NCBI RefSeq assembly: GCF_004010195.1
Contig: NC_057751.1
Coordinates: 5,808,502-5,872,501 of the forward strand
DNA length: 64,000 nt
Origin: Chiloscyllium plagiosum
Lineage: Eukaryota
Direction: 5' to 3'
Positions 24,668 through 37,275 of this stretch are shown here, piece after piece (the first letter of the stretch is position 1; each line of letters begins with the position of its first letter). The notes beneath the pieces were generated by a model, which saw only the letters and a list, made by a program, of their open reading frames with translations, was not told the DNA's origin and did no database searches. Made by a program: the position numbers and the translations under genes.

Positions 24668-26580
24668 GTCATAGAGTCATAGAGATATAGAGATGTACAG
24701 CATGGAAACAAACCCTTCGCTCCAACTTGTCCATGCCGACCAGATATCCCAACCCAATCTAGTCCCACCTGCCAGCACCCAGCCCATACCCCTCCAAACC
24801 CTTCCTGTTCATATACCCATCCAAATGCCTCTTAAATGTTGCAATTGTACCAGTCTCCACCACTTCCTTTGGCAGCTCATTCTGTACATGTACCACCCTC
24901 TGTGTGAAAAAGTTGCCCCTTAGGTCTCTTTTATATCTTTCCCCTCTCACCTTAAACCTATGCCCTCTAGTTCTGGACTCCCTTACCCCAGGGAAAAGAC
25001 TTTGTCTATTTATCCTATCCATGCCCCTCATGATTTTGTAAACCTCTATAAGGTCACCCCTCAGCCTCCGATGCTCCAGGGAAAATAGCCCCAGCCTGTT
25101 CAGCCTCTTCGTATAGTTCAAATCCTCCAACCCTGGCAATATCCTTGGAAATCTTTTCTGAGCTCTTACAAGTTTCACAACATCTTTCCGATAAGAAGGA
25201 GACCAGAATTGCATGCAATATTCCAACAGTGGCCTAACCAATGTCCTGTACAGCTGCAACATGACCTCCCAACTCCTGTACTCAATACTCTGACCAATAA
25301 AGGAAAGCATACCAAATGCCTTCTTCACTATCTTACCATTAAGTGTACAAGTCCTGCTAAGATTTGCTTTCCCAAAATGCAGCACCTTGCATTTATCTGA
25401 ATTAAACTCCATCTGCCACTTCTCAGGCCATTGGCCCATCTGGTCAAGATCCTGTTGTAATCTGAGGTAACCTTCTTTGCTGTCCACTATACCTTCAATT
25501 TTGGTGTCATCTGCAAAATTACTAACAATACGTCTTATATTCACATCCGAATCATTCATGAAAATGACAAAAAGTAGTGGACACAGCACTGATCTTTGTG
25601 GCACTCCACTGGTCACAGGCTTCCAGTCTGAAAAACAACCCTCCACCACCACCCTCTGTCTTCTACCTTTGAGCCAGTTCTGTATCCACATGGCTAGTTC
25701 TCCCTGTATTCCGTGAGGTCTGAACTTGCTCACCAGTCTCCCATGGGGAACCTTGTCGAATGCCTTACTGAAGTCCATATAGATCACATCTACCGCTCTG
25801 CCCTCATCAATCCTCTTTGTTACTTCTTCAAAAAATTCAATTAAGCTTGTGAGACATGATTTCCCATGCACAAAGCCATGCTGACTATCCCGAATCAGTC
25901 CTTGCCTTTTCAAATACATGTACATCCTGTCCCTCAGGATTCCCTCCAACAACTTGCCCACCACCGAGGTCAGGCTCACTGGTCTATAGTTCCCTGGCTT
26001 GTCCTTACCACCCTTCTTAAACAGTGGCACCATGTTAGTCAACCTCCAGTCTTTCGGCACCTCACCTGTAACTATCGATGATACAAATATCTCAGCAAGA
26101 GGCCCAGCAATCACCTCTCTAGCTTCCCACAGAGTTCACGGGTACACCTGATCAGGTCCTGGGGATTTATCCACCTTTATGCGTTTTGAGACATCCAGTA
26201 CTTCCTCCTCTGTAATCTGGACATTTTTCAAGATGTCACCATCTATTTCCCTACATTCTATATCTTCCATATCCTTTTCCACAGTCAATACTGATGCAAA
26301 ATACTCATTTAGTATCCCCCCATCTTCTGCGGCTCCACACAAAAGCCACCTTGCTGAGCTTTGAGGGGGCCTATTCTCTCCCTAGTTACCCTTTTGTCCT
26401 TAATGTATTTGTAAAAACCCTTTGGTCTCTGGATTCTTGTTATCTCATTTCTGAAGGCTTCCCATTTTCCAGCTGTCCCTTTACCTGCGAACATCTGCCT
26501 CCAATCAACTTTTGAAAGTTCTTGCCTAATACCGTCAAAATTGGCCTTTCTCCAATTTAGAACTTCAACTTTTAGATCTT
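24668..26580 (-). mobile_element. Young CR1 (HER1-like) LINE, 5'-truncated, nested inside the RTE
   Basis: (TCTATGAC)-type tail at 24668-24695. Highly similar to 8110-9865. RTE reading frame continues across both junctions. Confidence 0.95.
24759..26114 (-). pseudogene. CR1 ORF2 reverse-transcriptase frame, 451 codons open
   Basis: NYRPVSLTS, SQHGF, YMDFSKAFDKV, GVPQRSVLCP, FADDTK and RRLRGDLIEVYK motifs. Upstream in-frame stop at about 26136, no EN domain, and an 81-bp in-frame deletion. Confidence 0.9.
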
Positions 26581-26935
26581 GGTGCAGGTGATCTTCATGT
26601 CTTTCTGATCCCTCGCTCTGATGATGATGCAATCAAGATGGTGCCAGTGTTTGGAACATGGGTGCTGTCACGTTGTCTTGTATTTGTCCCATTGGTGGAA
26701 CAGTGTGTTGGTGATGAGAAGGTTGTGTTCACAGCATTTGATCAGGAGAAAAGTCAGTTGGAGTTTTGTTTCCCTACTCCCTCTTTCCCGATTATATGGT
26801 CCCAAAGGTCTGCATTTCTACTGATTCTGGCATTGAAGTTGGCGAGGTCGATTAGTTTATTTGCTGCAGGGACAATGAGTTAAATGACTAAAGGATGGCA
26901 GAGATCATGAGTAGTCCAGTTGTGCAGGTTTCCTT
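26581..26935 (-). mobile_element. RTE-clade LINE fossil, 5' part (APE endonuclease)
   Basis: Minus strand encodes DFNAR...LLITNTLFHQWDKYKTT*QHPCSKHWHHLDCIII, typical of RTE/BovB-like EN. Confidence 0.85.
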
Positions 26936-27261
26936 AATGAATAGTTCATACACATGTGCTGTATTATGTCAACAAAATACTGTGCAAGTGTTCGTGCTAT
27001 TGAATTAACAATAACCGGGAACATTTCCTGTAATTATTTGATTTGTTGAAGTTGATGTGTAACTGAGTAATTCAGCCATGAACGTCCCATGTTCAACCTG
27101 TTGTCTGTGATTTCAGCTGCTCAGGCAGTTCAAGGCATTAGAATTGAACTCATCCCTTTGGGACAGAATGAGTCTGTGGTAAGAAACAAAGTCATCCAGG
27201 TTTTCATCTAGTTTTAGCACTACGGGCTTCTCTGGAGGGGATAGTTTCTTGACTTCCAGAT

Positions 27262-27412
27262 ATGGAATGGAGGGAAATAGATAGTGACACCTTGCAAAAT
27301 GTCCATATTACAGGGGAGGAAGCGCTGGATGTTGTGAAACAGATATAGGTAGATAAATCCCCAGGCCCTGATCAGGTGTATCCTAGAACTCTGTGGGAAG
27401 CTAGAGAAGTGA
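27262..27412 (+). mobile_element. Isolated internal CR1 fragment
   Basis: Matches 8645-8805 (REID.D.L.NV.IT.EE.LDV...VDKSPGPDQVYPRTLWEARE). Confidence 0.85.
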
Positions 27413-27838
27413 CTCCTTCTTTTGGTTTGGACTAGACTGATTGGATAGTCTTAGATTATCCTTCAATTGTTGCCCTGTCTCATTCAGTTGCATGACTTGG
27501 CTTGGAGCAACGGATTGTTTTTAATGTGTACAGTTTAGTTGTAGACTTCATTTCCGCAGAGGTTACAGGAAAAGCTGACAGCTGAATTTAATCTTTTTTT
27601 CATCCAGTTACCTGGTGTTTTATTTATTTTGTTACAAAATAATTATGTTTTACATGTGCCTGTTGATACAGGTCACAAGAGAGTGTAGAGTGAGATTTTA
27701 ACAAGTATTGCATATACGAAGATGCACAATTGAGACACATATTTCTTAATGTGAAGGTGATTTCATTTTTTATCTCAATCTGCAAGTTTTTTTCTGCAGT
27801 CTGTTCCTCCGTTTTTTGTTACTTGTAGAATTGGACCT

Positions 27839-28167
27839 CATAGAACATAGAACATAGAAGAATACAGCGCAGTACAGGCCCTTCGGCCCTCGATGTTGCG
27901 CCGGTCCAAGCCCACCTAACCTACACTAGCCCACTATCCTCCATATGCCTATCCAATGCCCGCTTAAATGCCCATAATGAGGGAGAGTCCACCACTGCTA
28001 CTGGCAGGGCATTCCATGAACTCACGACTCGCTGAGTAAAGAACCTACCCCTAACATCTGTCCTATACCTACCCCCCCCTTAATTTAAAGCTATGCCCCC
28101 TTGTAATAGCTGACTCCATACGTGGAAAAAGATTCTCACTGTCGACCCTATCTAAACCCCTAATCAT
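27839..28167 (-). mobile_element. Young CR1 3' end with (TTCTATG)n tail
   Basis: CATAGAA x3 at 27839-27859, CpG-rich. Minus strand encodes MIRGLDRVDSENLFPRMESAITRGHSFKLRG. Confidence 0.9.
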
Positions 28168-28983
28168 GTAGCAGTTAACAACTTGAATGTGACAATGTGT
28201 ATTTGTTAAACCTTCAGTTCTCAAACCTGTACAGTAAAAGTGTTCTTTAAAACTAATTTGTTGAAAACTTTTCTTGGGCCTGTCAGAAATGTAGAGTTCC
28301 TGATCTGAATCTGCTCTGTTGAGTGGGAGACTGAAATGTAAAATTTTAAAACGATAAAATATAGAAGTAGGCAATTTGGCACATTGAGTCAACTCTGCTA
28401 GTCCATGGCTGATAATCATCACTTGATTCTTGCCTTTTTCTCAGCTCTTGATTCCCTTGATTTAAGGCTTGGAACACTGGCCTTTAACATTGTCCATGAT
28501 CCAGCCTCAACAGAAGAATTCCACACTTCTCACTATCCACAGAAGTTCCTCCTAACTTTTACTTCAAGTATGTTATGATTCAATCAAAAACCTGAAAGTT
28601 CACGTGTATTGCATCAAAAGTGTTGCCCTCATCAAGCCTTTGTTACCCTGAAAAACCAACAAGTAAGTGAAACAAGATTATGCCTATATAACTAATTCTA
28701 CCCTGAATCATTGTCTGGAGCTTCTGAACCACTGCTGTTTAAATTGACCTGTAATTGTCAGGCTTTTCCTTGCAATTTTTAAGGCCATGATGTTTGTGAT
28801 TTTTTCAACCTTCTGGCACTGTCCCCCAAGTCAAGGGAAGACTTGAGAGATTGTGGTCGGTGCCCCTGCAATTTCCATTGTCATTGTTCAGATTCTTTGG
28901 ATGTATCTCACTTAATATCAGCATTTGTCTGACACTTCTGCCCTTTCCTAGAACAGTGCAGCACAAGAACAGCCCCCCACCCC

Positions 28984-28984
<1 letters not shown>

Positions 28985-29015
<31 letters not shown>
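28985..29015. repeat. (AC)n microsatellite, about 15 units
   Basis: Directly visible. Confidence 0.98.
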
Positions 29016-29016
<1 letters not shown>

Positions 29017-29202
29017 TGTGCTAACCATGATGCCATTTTTAAACTAATCTCATTTGCCTGCACATGGGATTGTGGCACTTTCTTCCCTGCCTGTTCATGT
29101 ATCTAAATGCCTCTTAAATGTATCTATTCCTACCAGGTCTCCTAGCAGCATGTTCCAGCTATCTACCACCCAAACATGCTTCTCATTCCTCGAAGTTCCC
29201 CA

Positions 29203-30055
29203 GGTTGGTGGTGAAGGGTTGTTTTCAGATTGGAGGCCTGTGACCAGTAGAGTGCCACAAGGATCGGTGCTGGGTCCTCTACTTTTTGTCATTTACATAA
29301 ATGATTTGGATACGAGCATAAGCGGTACAGTTAGTAAGTTTGCAAATGACACCAAAATTGGAGGTGTAGTGGACAGCAAAGAAGGGTATCTCAGATTACA
29401 ACAGGACTTGACCAGATGGGCCAATGGCCTGAGAAGTGGGAGATGGAGTTTAATTCAGATAAATGCAAGGTGCTGCATTTTGGGAAAACAAATCTTAGCA
29501 GGACTTATACACTTAGTGGTAAGGTCTGAGAGAATGTTGCTGAACAAAGAGACCTTGAAGTGCAGGTTCATAGCTCCTTGAAAGTGGAGTCACAGGTAGA
29601 TAGAATAGTGAAGAAGGCGTTTGGTATGCTTTCCTTTATTGGTCAGAGTATTGAGTACAGGAGTTGGGAGGTCACGTTGCGGTTGTACAGGACATTGGTT
29701 AGCATGGAAAGGATAACGAGACAAAGTCTCTTCTCTGGTTTGGGAGAGTCTAGAACAAGAGGGCATAGGTTTAGGGTGAGAGGGGAAAGATATAAGAGAG
29801 ACCTAAGGGGCAACTTTTTCACACAGAGGGTGGTACGTGTACGGAATGAGCTGCCAAAGGAAGTGGTGGAGACTGGTACAATTGCTACATTTAAGAGGTA
29901 TTTGGATGGGTATATGAATAGAAAGGTTTTGGAGGGCTATGGGCCGGGTGCTAGCTGGTGGGACTAGATTGGTTGGGATATCTGTTCGGCATGGACAGGT
30001 TTGCACCAAAGGGTCTGTTTCCATGCTGTACATCTCTGTGACTCTATGACTCTAT
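29203..30055 (+). mobile_element. CR1 (HER1-like) 3' portion with internal deletion
   Basis: VPQGSVLGP, KFANDTK and RGNFFTQRVV motifs. Tail TCTGTGACTCTATGACTCTAT. Confidence 0.95.
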
Positions 30056-30764
30056 ATTCCTGCACATCACTCTTGTGTCCAAATTTCTGTAAAGCACCTC
30101 AGGATTTTTTGTTGTGGTACAAGTGCTTGTCAGCAGCTTGAGAAAATACAACTTGTAAAAGAGAAGTCATCCATTGAAAACCAAAGCATTTTACTACTTA
30201 ATTTCTGAATTTCTGTATTTGAACTTTTTTTGTGCTGAGCAGCATTATGAGGTACAGTGGTACTAAATAATCAAGAGTGTATTAATTGGAAGGTTACTTT
30301 TAATTTACATCTTGGAGTGAAAACAGAAAGGCAACAAGACAATGAGCTTGTCGACCTAAGTTCAGTACCTGACTGTTTTTAGAGTTAATTACTTCATTGA
30401 AGGGTTAGACTTCTTGTGTTTATTTAAAAGGAATCAACAGGATCCAAAGACAAAATCATCCTGACACTTATGTGAAGGACTCCGTGGTGGGTAAATCAAC
30501 AAAATTAGCCTCAAGCCAAACAGCTTCTTTTTTGGGAAAGTGAGATTCAGTGACCCAATCATTTCTAAAAGGAAATTGGTTAATGTGATGAAATAGGAGC
30601 AAATGATTGAAGATAATGCTGTGTCTGGGATTATTCTTTTTTATGGCACCTCATCTGTCATTTGGAATGTTTTACGATTGACCAATTATTGGCTTTCAGA
30701 GTGTGTTCAATGTCTGAAAAAGTATTCAATTACCATGCCAACGAAATTCTGCTGTCTCAGCAGT

Positions 30765-31010
30765 AATATCCACCAGATGAGATTTTAAACCAAGGCCTAT
30801 CTGCTAGTTTCAGTGACTCAGGTACATTAAAATAGTTCGAACACTGTCTGAAGAAGTGCTAAACAACAGGATTGTCTTGATGAACACCACCAAAATCAGA
30901 TTGGCCATTTATCCCATTGTGTTTTGAGATTTCCTGTCAAAATTGCCAATATAACAGCAACCGGTACACGTTGTGAAGTTTTTATGTCTGTCAGATGTGT
31001 AAATAATGTT
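30765..31010 (+). mobile_element. Degenerate DeuSINE-like fragment
   Basis: GATGAGATTTTAAACCAAGGCC...CAGATTGGCCATTTATCCCATTG is colinear with the central part of 55115-55685. Confidence 0.45.
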
Positions 31011-32149
31011 TATAAACACAATTTGTTATTTTGGATGCAATTCTAAAAAGCAAAACATATTCATTGTCTCTTGGTGAAATTGGAAAGTATATTTTACATG
31101 CAGAAGAGTCAGTGAATAAAAGGAGGCAGTGAATAGAAAATATGATTTGCAATGACGTTTCATTTTCCGAGGAAAAAAAAGCACAGTCAATTTTTTTTAA
31201 CAACTATGACACAAAAGCTTCAAAATTGATGTATTGACTTATCAACTGCTACCACTCTGACCATATGTGTGGAATATGCTAAGACTTGCAAAAAACTCAT
31301 TTCAAGGATACAGCTATGCAGTCAATTGATATATTTAAAAAGATGGAAAGCACTTGTGTTGAAGAAAGTGGCAGAACAACAGTGAACTGGGACAAAGAAA
31401 ATTTCCTGATTGGCTTGCACTTATAGGAGCTGAAGTCATGTTCACTAAATTTCTGCTGATTTGATTACCTGAACATTTTCAATGGTTCATGCTTTGCAGG
31501 TTGCGAAGCAAATTCACAGACACAGAATTCAAGTGATACAAATCACTTGGAGATCTTTCAGCCAAAGATTTTATTTATTGTATTGTCATGTCACGTATCA
31601 AATGTTGGTATTTATTTGACTATTACCAGCTGATTGCAACTTTTGAGAAGGTCTCTAAAGAGTCAGATTAGTTTTCCTGTGGAATCCTCAGTGGCCTGGC
31701 TTTGAGCAACTCACAAAGCATATCTGGTAAAAATCATTCCTCTTCTCAATGGACTTAGTTGGTGTGTTGCAGCATACTTTCTGAGGTTTGAAGCCGTTAT
31801 CGTCTATAAGTGCATTCAACCCTGTATATATTCCTGCTCTACATGAGACCAATTAACTGACACAGCAAAATAAACATGAGCATGGTAAAAGCATTGAACA
31901 CGACCATGAGTGTGGTCAGCCAGCAACCGGTTGTTAGTCATTAGTTATGCCCTCAGTGGCAACTTCTGAACTCCAGATCTCTCAGCATCTGTCAAAGGAT
32001 GGAGGACCTGTCAAATATCGTTTATGCCTTAAGACCTAACCTTGAATGTCTGCGTTGCAAACAAAGTAGAATTCTGTGACTTTTGATGTAACTTGTTGCA
32101 ATTTGGAATGACATGCATCCTTAGGGATTTCAATGCATGTTTTGGTCCA

Positions 32150-33450
32150 GACAGAGATATGTGGTTAAAATGCCTTTATTGTCATAAGGTGGGTAACAGC
32201 AAGGACAATGGACCATGATGTTTCAAGTTTTATTGTGGCCTGATTGAACTCTGCCTCACTGGCATTTTCTTTCAGGCTATGATGACATCATCCAAGATCT
32301 GGTCATTGGCACCAGTCTGACTTGGTTATCATCAGAAGGCAATATGCTCCTGTCTCATTCCTTTCTCGATCTGACCATACATTGCACACTTCCCTGTAGA
32401 TACAGGAATAACAGTCTACAAGATCTGCAGCTTTCCCAGACCGAAAGTAAAGACAAAAATGCTTCTTGAAGTATTCATAATCTATTAATGCTACTTTTCA
32501 ACAGAAATGTTGATGGAAGAGTCTCACTGTGGTGATGATGAGACACCAGCCATTGACATGGAAACTCAGCCTCAAAGAATCTTGGATTGTTTCTCATACT
32601 TGTAAACTGTTCTCCCTCACTAGAAGAGTCAAGAAAGCTCTGGTTAGGGAAAGGGTGTCACATCTTCACCCTTGATCAGACTAAACCTCACCCTGCTCGA
32701 AGGGAACTGCTACCCCAGGTCCACAGTGTTGGAAAATTTCTTTCTTGACACAGAACTTATACATGCATGGGGAAAAGCGTATATCACATTCAGCTGTCGC
32801 ACAGAGCGTGCATGAAAAAAATACATAAAGCTGATTCTTACACCGAAGATACCAGTTTTTGAGGCCTGTGTTCTCAGTGCCATGATGTACAGCTGTGGAG
32901 CATGGACAACTTACAATTATCAGAAAGGAAGCTCAACATTTCATATTTTTCTTTACAGACGTTCTTGCATCTCACAGAAGGAGTGAATGATTCTGATTAC
33001 TTTTCAAAGGAACATCTCCCAACTAAACCATGACTGATCAAGCAGAAACTTGGGTCTATCTGGAAAAGAGATGATGGAACAATTCAAAACTTGGAATTAG
33101 AGCCCGAAGACTAGTCAGACACCCAAACTTCTGCTTCAAGTTTGCTTTCATGTATGACAGAAAGGCTGTAAACATTGATTTTCACACCTAGGAGATGCTA
33201 GTCAATGACATGGGAAGATTCCAACATTACATGTTGGATGATGTGCACTACTGTGATGATCAGTGAATTCAGTTAGTTGACAATAAGCCCTAACAGTGAA
33301 AACAGCAACCCAAAACACTATCTGACAACCACATTATATATGGCAACTGTGGCAGGACTTGCCTCACAGATTGTTTTCTTCAGCCCTGACCAGAAATGCA
33401 CCATACGAACTTATACCATCCCCAAAGTCCAACATCTGACTGAAATGGAG
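32150..33450 (+). mobile_element. Very old RTE-like LINE fossil
   Basis: About 32830-32940 translates KLILTPKIPVFEACVLSAMMYSCGAWTTY (RTE C-terminal 'K..VY.ACVLS.LLYG.E.WT'). Limits approximate. Confidence 0.55.
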
Positions 33451-34248
33451 GTCTGTTGACAATGATGGAACATAACTCACTCATTCTCAACAAGTTCTCA
33501 GGATACTTTCTTTTCCGGATGCAACCTCTTGATCATTTCTTGATCTCTGTCCCTTATGAGCACTTGATACATGTCTCTGTTTTATAATGTGAACAGATTA
33601 ACAGCTCATTTCATAACTTGAATGAGTCATTATAACTGGGTGAACTACAATCCATCAAAAATCATTCTGTCTGTCACAAATAAAAGAGACACAGATTGAC
33701 TGTGAGTGTATTGGATTTTGTTAAAAACAAACAACCAGTACTGGCTGAGCAAACAGTGAAATTCTTCTACTCCAGCACCTTTTCAATAATCCCCTGGGAT
33801 TTGATCAGATACTGATCCAGAATGGTGGGCTGAGTATTAGTTTACTGATGAGCCTGAAATTCCAAAATGAATTGAGAACAAAAACCTAAATTTTTCCTGC
33901 AAAGCTAGAGTCTATGGGCCAGGGTGGGTTCACTTACAAAGAGAGGTGCAAATTATTTAAAATGACAGGACCTTCCCATGCACTCGTCACCAATATAAAT
34001 CATATGTCAATTTCATGTTCACAAGGGCAAGACAAGTCTATTCATCTCTTCTACACATACTTTGCACAATCTAAGTCAGAACTCTGTTCAATCCATTCAG
34101 TGTGCTGAATGAAATAGTTTTAAAATTCTCTCAGAATACTGATCTAAAGTTATGTGTTTCACTGGACACATGTTACACAACCAGATTATCTGAAATTAAA
34201 AGAGTAAATGCTGGAGAAACTCAGCAGGCCTGGCATCAACCATGGACA

Positions 34249-34444
34249 AGATTAGAGTGGTGCTGGAAAAGCACAGCAAGTCAGGCAGCATCTGAGGAGC
34301 AGGAAAATCGACGTTTCGGGAAAAAGCCCTTCATCAGGAACTGCTGCTCCTCGGATGCCGCCTGACCTGCTATGCTTTTCCAGCACCACTCTAATCTAGA
34401 CTCTGATCTCCAGCATCCGCAGTCCTTACTTTCACCTAGTTGAT
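34249..34444. mobile_element. Young Penelope-derived inverted pLTR element
   Basis: About 54-bp inverted arms (34249-34302 and 34344-34397). 14-bp TSD with one mismatch (34235-34248 and 34445-34458). Confidence 0.85.
34305..34341 (-). ncRNA. Minimal type I hammerhead ribozyme motif
   Basis: Minus strand TTC-CTGATGA-AGGGCTTTTTCCC-GAAAC-GTC-GA: conserved CUGAUGA and GAAA boxes, stem II GGG/CCC, GUC triplet, palindromic ACGT in place of stem III. Confidence 0.7.
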
Positions 34445-35731
34445 ATCAGCCATGGACAGATAAACAGAGTTAATGGTTTGAGTCTGATGACTCTTCTTAA
34501 GCTCTGATCAATGGAGTTGAAACATCAAATCTGTTTCTCTGTCCATGGATACTGCCAGATTTGTTGTGTATCTCCAACAATTACTATTTTGTTTCAGATT
34601 TCCAGCATCTGCAGTACTTGAAAAGTTTGGAAAAGGTTCAAAATTATGTTCAAGCAGCATGTAATAATCTTCAAATATTTATGGTTTTGCTGTCTGTGGC
34701 TCTCTTAGACTCATTGTATATTTCTTTAATGGTTCCTTTCCCATTTGCATTGCTCTTGCACCAGCATCGCTGTTCTCAGTTAATCATTCTTGCTGATCCC
34801 CCAATCACAGAAGTATCTTTTTCTATTCCACCCCTCCACCTCTTGCTTAATACTTTCACATCTCTAACCATTTCCAGTTGTTTCAAATGGTCATGGAGCT
34901 GAAATGTTCACTGTTTTTCTCTGTGCAAATGCAGCCTACTGATTATTTTCTGCATGTTCTCTTCTTATTTCAGATTTTGAGCACCCACAGTGTTTAGCTT
35001 TTGTATTCAATACGAACTGTCTATGTTTATCCTTAAAGCTCTCAGTTAAACCAGTTAATGAACTAGGATACTTCCCCAGCCATTAAATCCCATTATTCAC
35101 CAGCAGCTATGTCGAGCAGATTTTCATTTAATTATCATTCTATTTTCCCTTTCTCCTCTTGCCAATTGAACAATATTTCATCTGAGGATTTTTCTTGCGA
35201 GATTTGTGATTCATGGAGTAGTCATTTATCAGATGGAGAGGGAAGCAGGAAGGAAAATGATTGATGAAGTTAAGGTTCTCAGATTAAGTGTGTAGCAGAA
35301 TTTCCCATGACAAATAGCTCACAGTAAGTTGAAAGAAGTGGTAGATTTAATGTTGAGAAATGTTTAAAAAATAGGTCAATGGTCTTTGGAATGAAATGTA
35401 GTTTGTTCAGTGAGAAATTAGGACCTAGATTAATCTATAACACAAGAAAAGATGAGTTGGATTCTATGTCAAGTCTGATTTTCTTACCCTGACAGAGAGG
35501 TGGTCATTGCAGGCCAATTACCTAATTAGGAAGGAAGGAAAAGTGAAAAAGGTTCACCTCTGGTTCTCAGACTCCTCTTATCCAAACTCAGTGGTATTTC
35601 TGAGTAATATTAGCTGATGGTTGACATTGACTACTAGGTCATCATCCAGCTTCAAGGCACACACAGTATCAGAGGTAGGGAGATGTGTAGTGAGTGGTTG
35701 GTTGGTGGTGACAAATATCCAGGAAAGACCT

Positions 35732-35986
35732 ATTTTATTCCCCTTTCCTGAAGCCAGTGATGGATAGCCATCACATCTGGGCTCAATTCAGTAAAAAAAT
35801 CACTAGACTCCTGCCTTCAAAAAACAATTGTGAACTTCCTCAAAATCTTAATTTGAAATTGTATTGTGTCTTGGATATGGCAATTTTAAAATGATAATTT
35901 CTCATGTTGCTTTTTATTCTTTTCGATTTTATTCCCCTTTCCTGAAGCCAGTGATAGATAGCCATCACATCTGGGCTTGATTCAGT
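35732..35986. repeat. 61-bp direct repeat (35732-35792 and 35926-35986) separated by 133 bp
   Basis: ATTTTATTCCCCTTTCCTGAAGCCAGTGAT[G/A]GATAGCCATCACATCTGGGCT[CA/TG]ATTCAGT, 58/61 identical. Confidence 0.95.
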
Positions 35987-36109
35987 CAACAGAAACATTT
36001 CTTACATTGAAGGGTAGTTTTGGATGAGTTATTGAATTGTAAATTAAAATAGTTGTTCAAAATGAATGCACAATCTCAAATGTACCATTGGTGGAGAGAA
36101 CAAACAGTG

Positions 36110-36535
36110 TCAAACTTGATACCAAGGAGGGGAGCTTTCAATGATGAGGAGAGACTGATTGTTCATCAGAACACAGGAGATTAAGAGGAAATCTCACACA
36201 AGTGCTCAAAATGATATGAGGTTTGCATTAAGTAAATCATAAACCATCTCCTTCAGTAACTAGTGAATTCATAATGAGAAGACACTGGTTTAAAATCATC
36301 AACAAAGCAATGAAGGCAGAGATTACGAAGTTTTGTTTCTGGCAGGGACAGTCAAAACAATGAACGGTCCCTCAGACACACTGGTGGAAGCACAATCACT
36401 TGAGTATAGCAGATCAGTCTTTGAAATAATGAAAAGTGTATGGGATAAGGACATAACATCAGACTGAGTGACAAGCTCTTTCAAAGAGCTGGCACAGATG
36501 TAATGGTTTGAATGGTCTGTACCTACTCTGTATTT
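36110..36535 (+). mobile_element. Very old CR1 3' fragment
   Basis: RRLRGNLTQVLKMI-like frame at about 36175-36215 and CR1-like 3' UTR (GAATGGTCTGTACCTACTCTGTA). Confidence 0.6.
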
Positions 36536-36967
36536 GATTTAACTTCCTAGCAGGAGTCAATGGAGGATGAACCCAAACAGCCTACATTTCCCTCCTCCTA
36601 TTTATTGCATTGAAAATATCCCAACTGTTACCTCAGATTGAAGTCCACAAGTTCTACACTGTCAGACCTTTTGAACTGGAGTCATGCTTTGCACAACTCC
36701 AAGCCAAACAAGAAGGACATGTCATCACTATTTTTAAAGAAAGAGAGGCAGAACGAGTGGATGGTTGAGAGACCAGATAAATTTTCAGGTATCACCCTTG
36801 ATGACATAAAGAATGATATAATAGTTGGATAGTATTTCCCCTTAGTATTGCTTTGAGAATGGTGAGACTCAGAGAACTTGTGACTTGCCAGGTGCCAATA
36901 GAAAGTCCTTTCATTTGCTGGCTAATATGCAGTCAATTGGTATTTGTAAGCCAATATGCAGGAAGAA

Positions 36968-37275
36968 AGATTACTTACTTAAGTGTGGAAACAGGCCCTT
37001 CGGCCCAACAAGTCCACACCGACCCGCCGAAGCGCAACCCACCCATACCCCTACATTTACCCCTTACCTAACACTACGGGCAATTTAGCATGGCCAATTC
37101 ACCTGACCTGCACAGCTTTGGACTGTGGGAGGAAACCGGAGCACCCGGAGGAAACCCACACAGACACGGGGAGAACGTGCAAACTCCACACAGTCAGTCG
37201 CCTGAGGCGGGAATTGAAACTGGGTCTCTGGCGCTGTGAGGCAGCAGTGCTAACCACTGTGCCACTGTGCCGCCC
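36968..37275 (-). mobile_element. HE1 V-SINE (young)
   Basis: Near-identical to 17553-17866. Confidence 0.95.

Larger units (their letters stand above)
34190..34622. mobile_element. Older Penelope-derived fold-back repeat (host of the nested element)
   Basis: Left arm AATGCTGGAGAAACTCAGCAGG and right arm ...TCTCCAACAATT...TCAGATTTCCAGCATCTGCAGTA. Split at the duplicated ATCA[A/G]CCATGGACA. Confidence 0.75.

Noticed and set aside
25315..25345. 81-bp deletion as a spliced-out cryptic intron (GTAAG present)
   Set aside because: The GTAAG is retained at the junction, so the breakpoints do not follow GT-AG rules.
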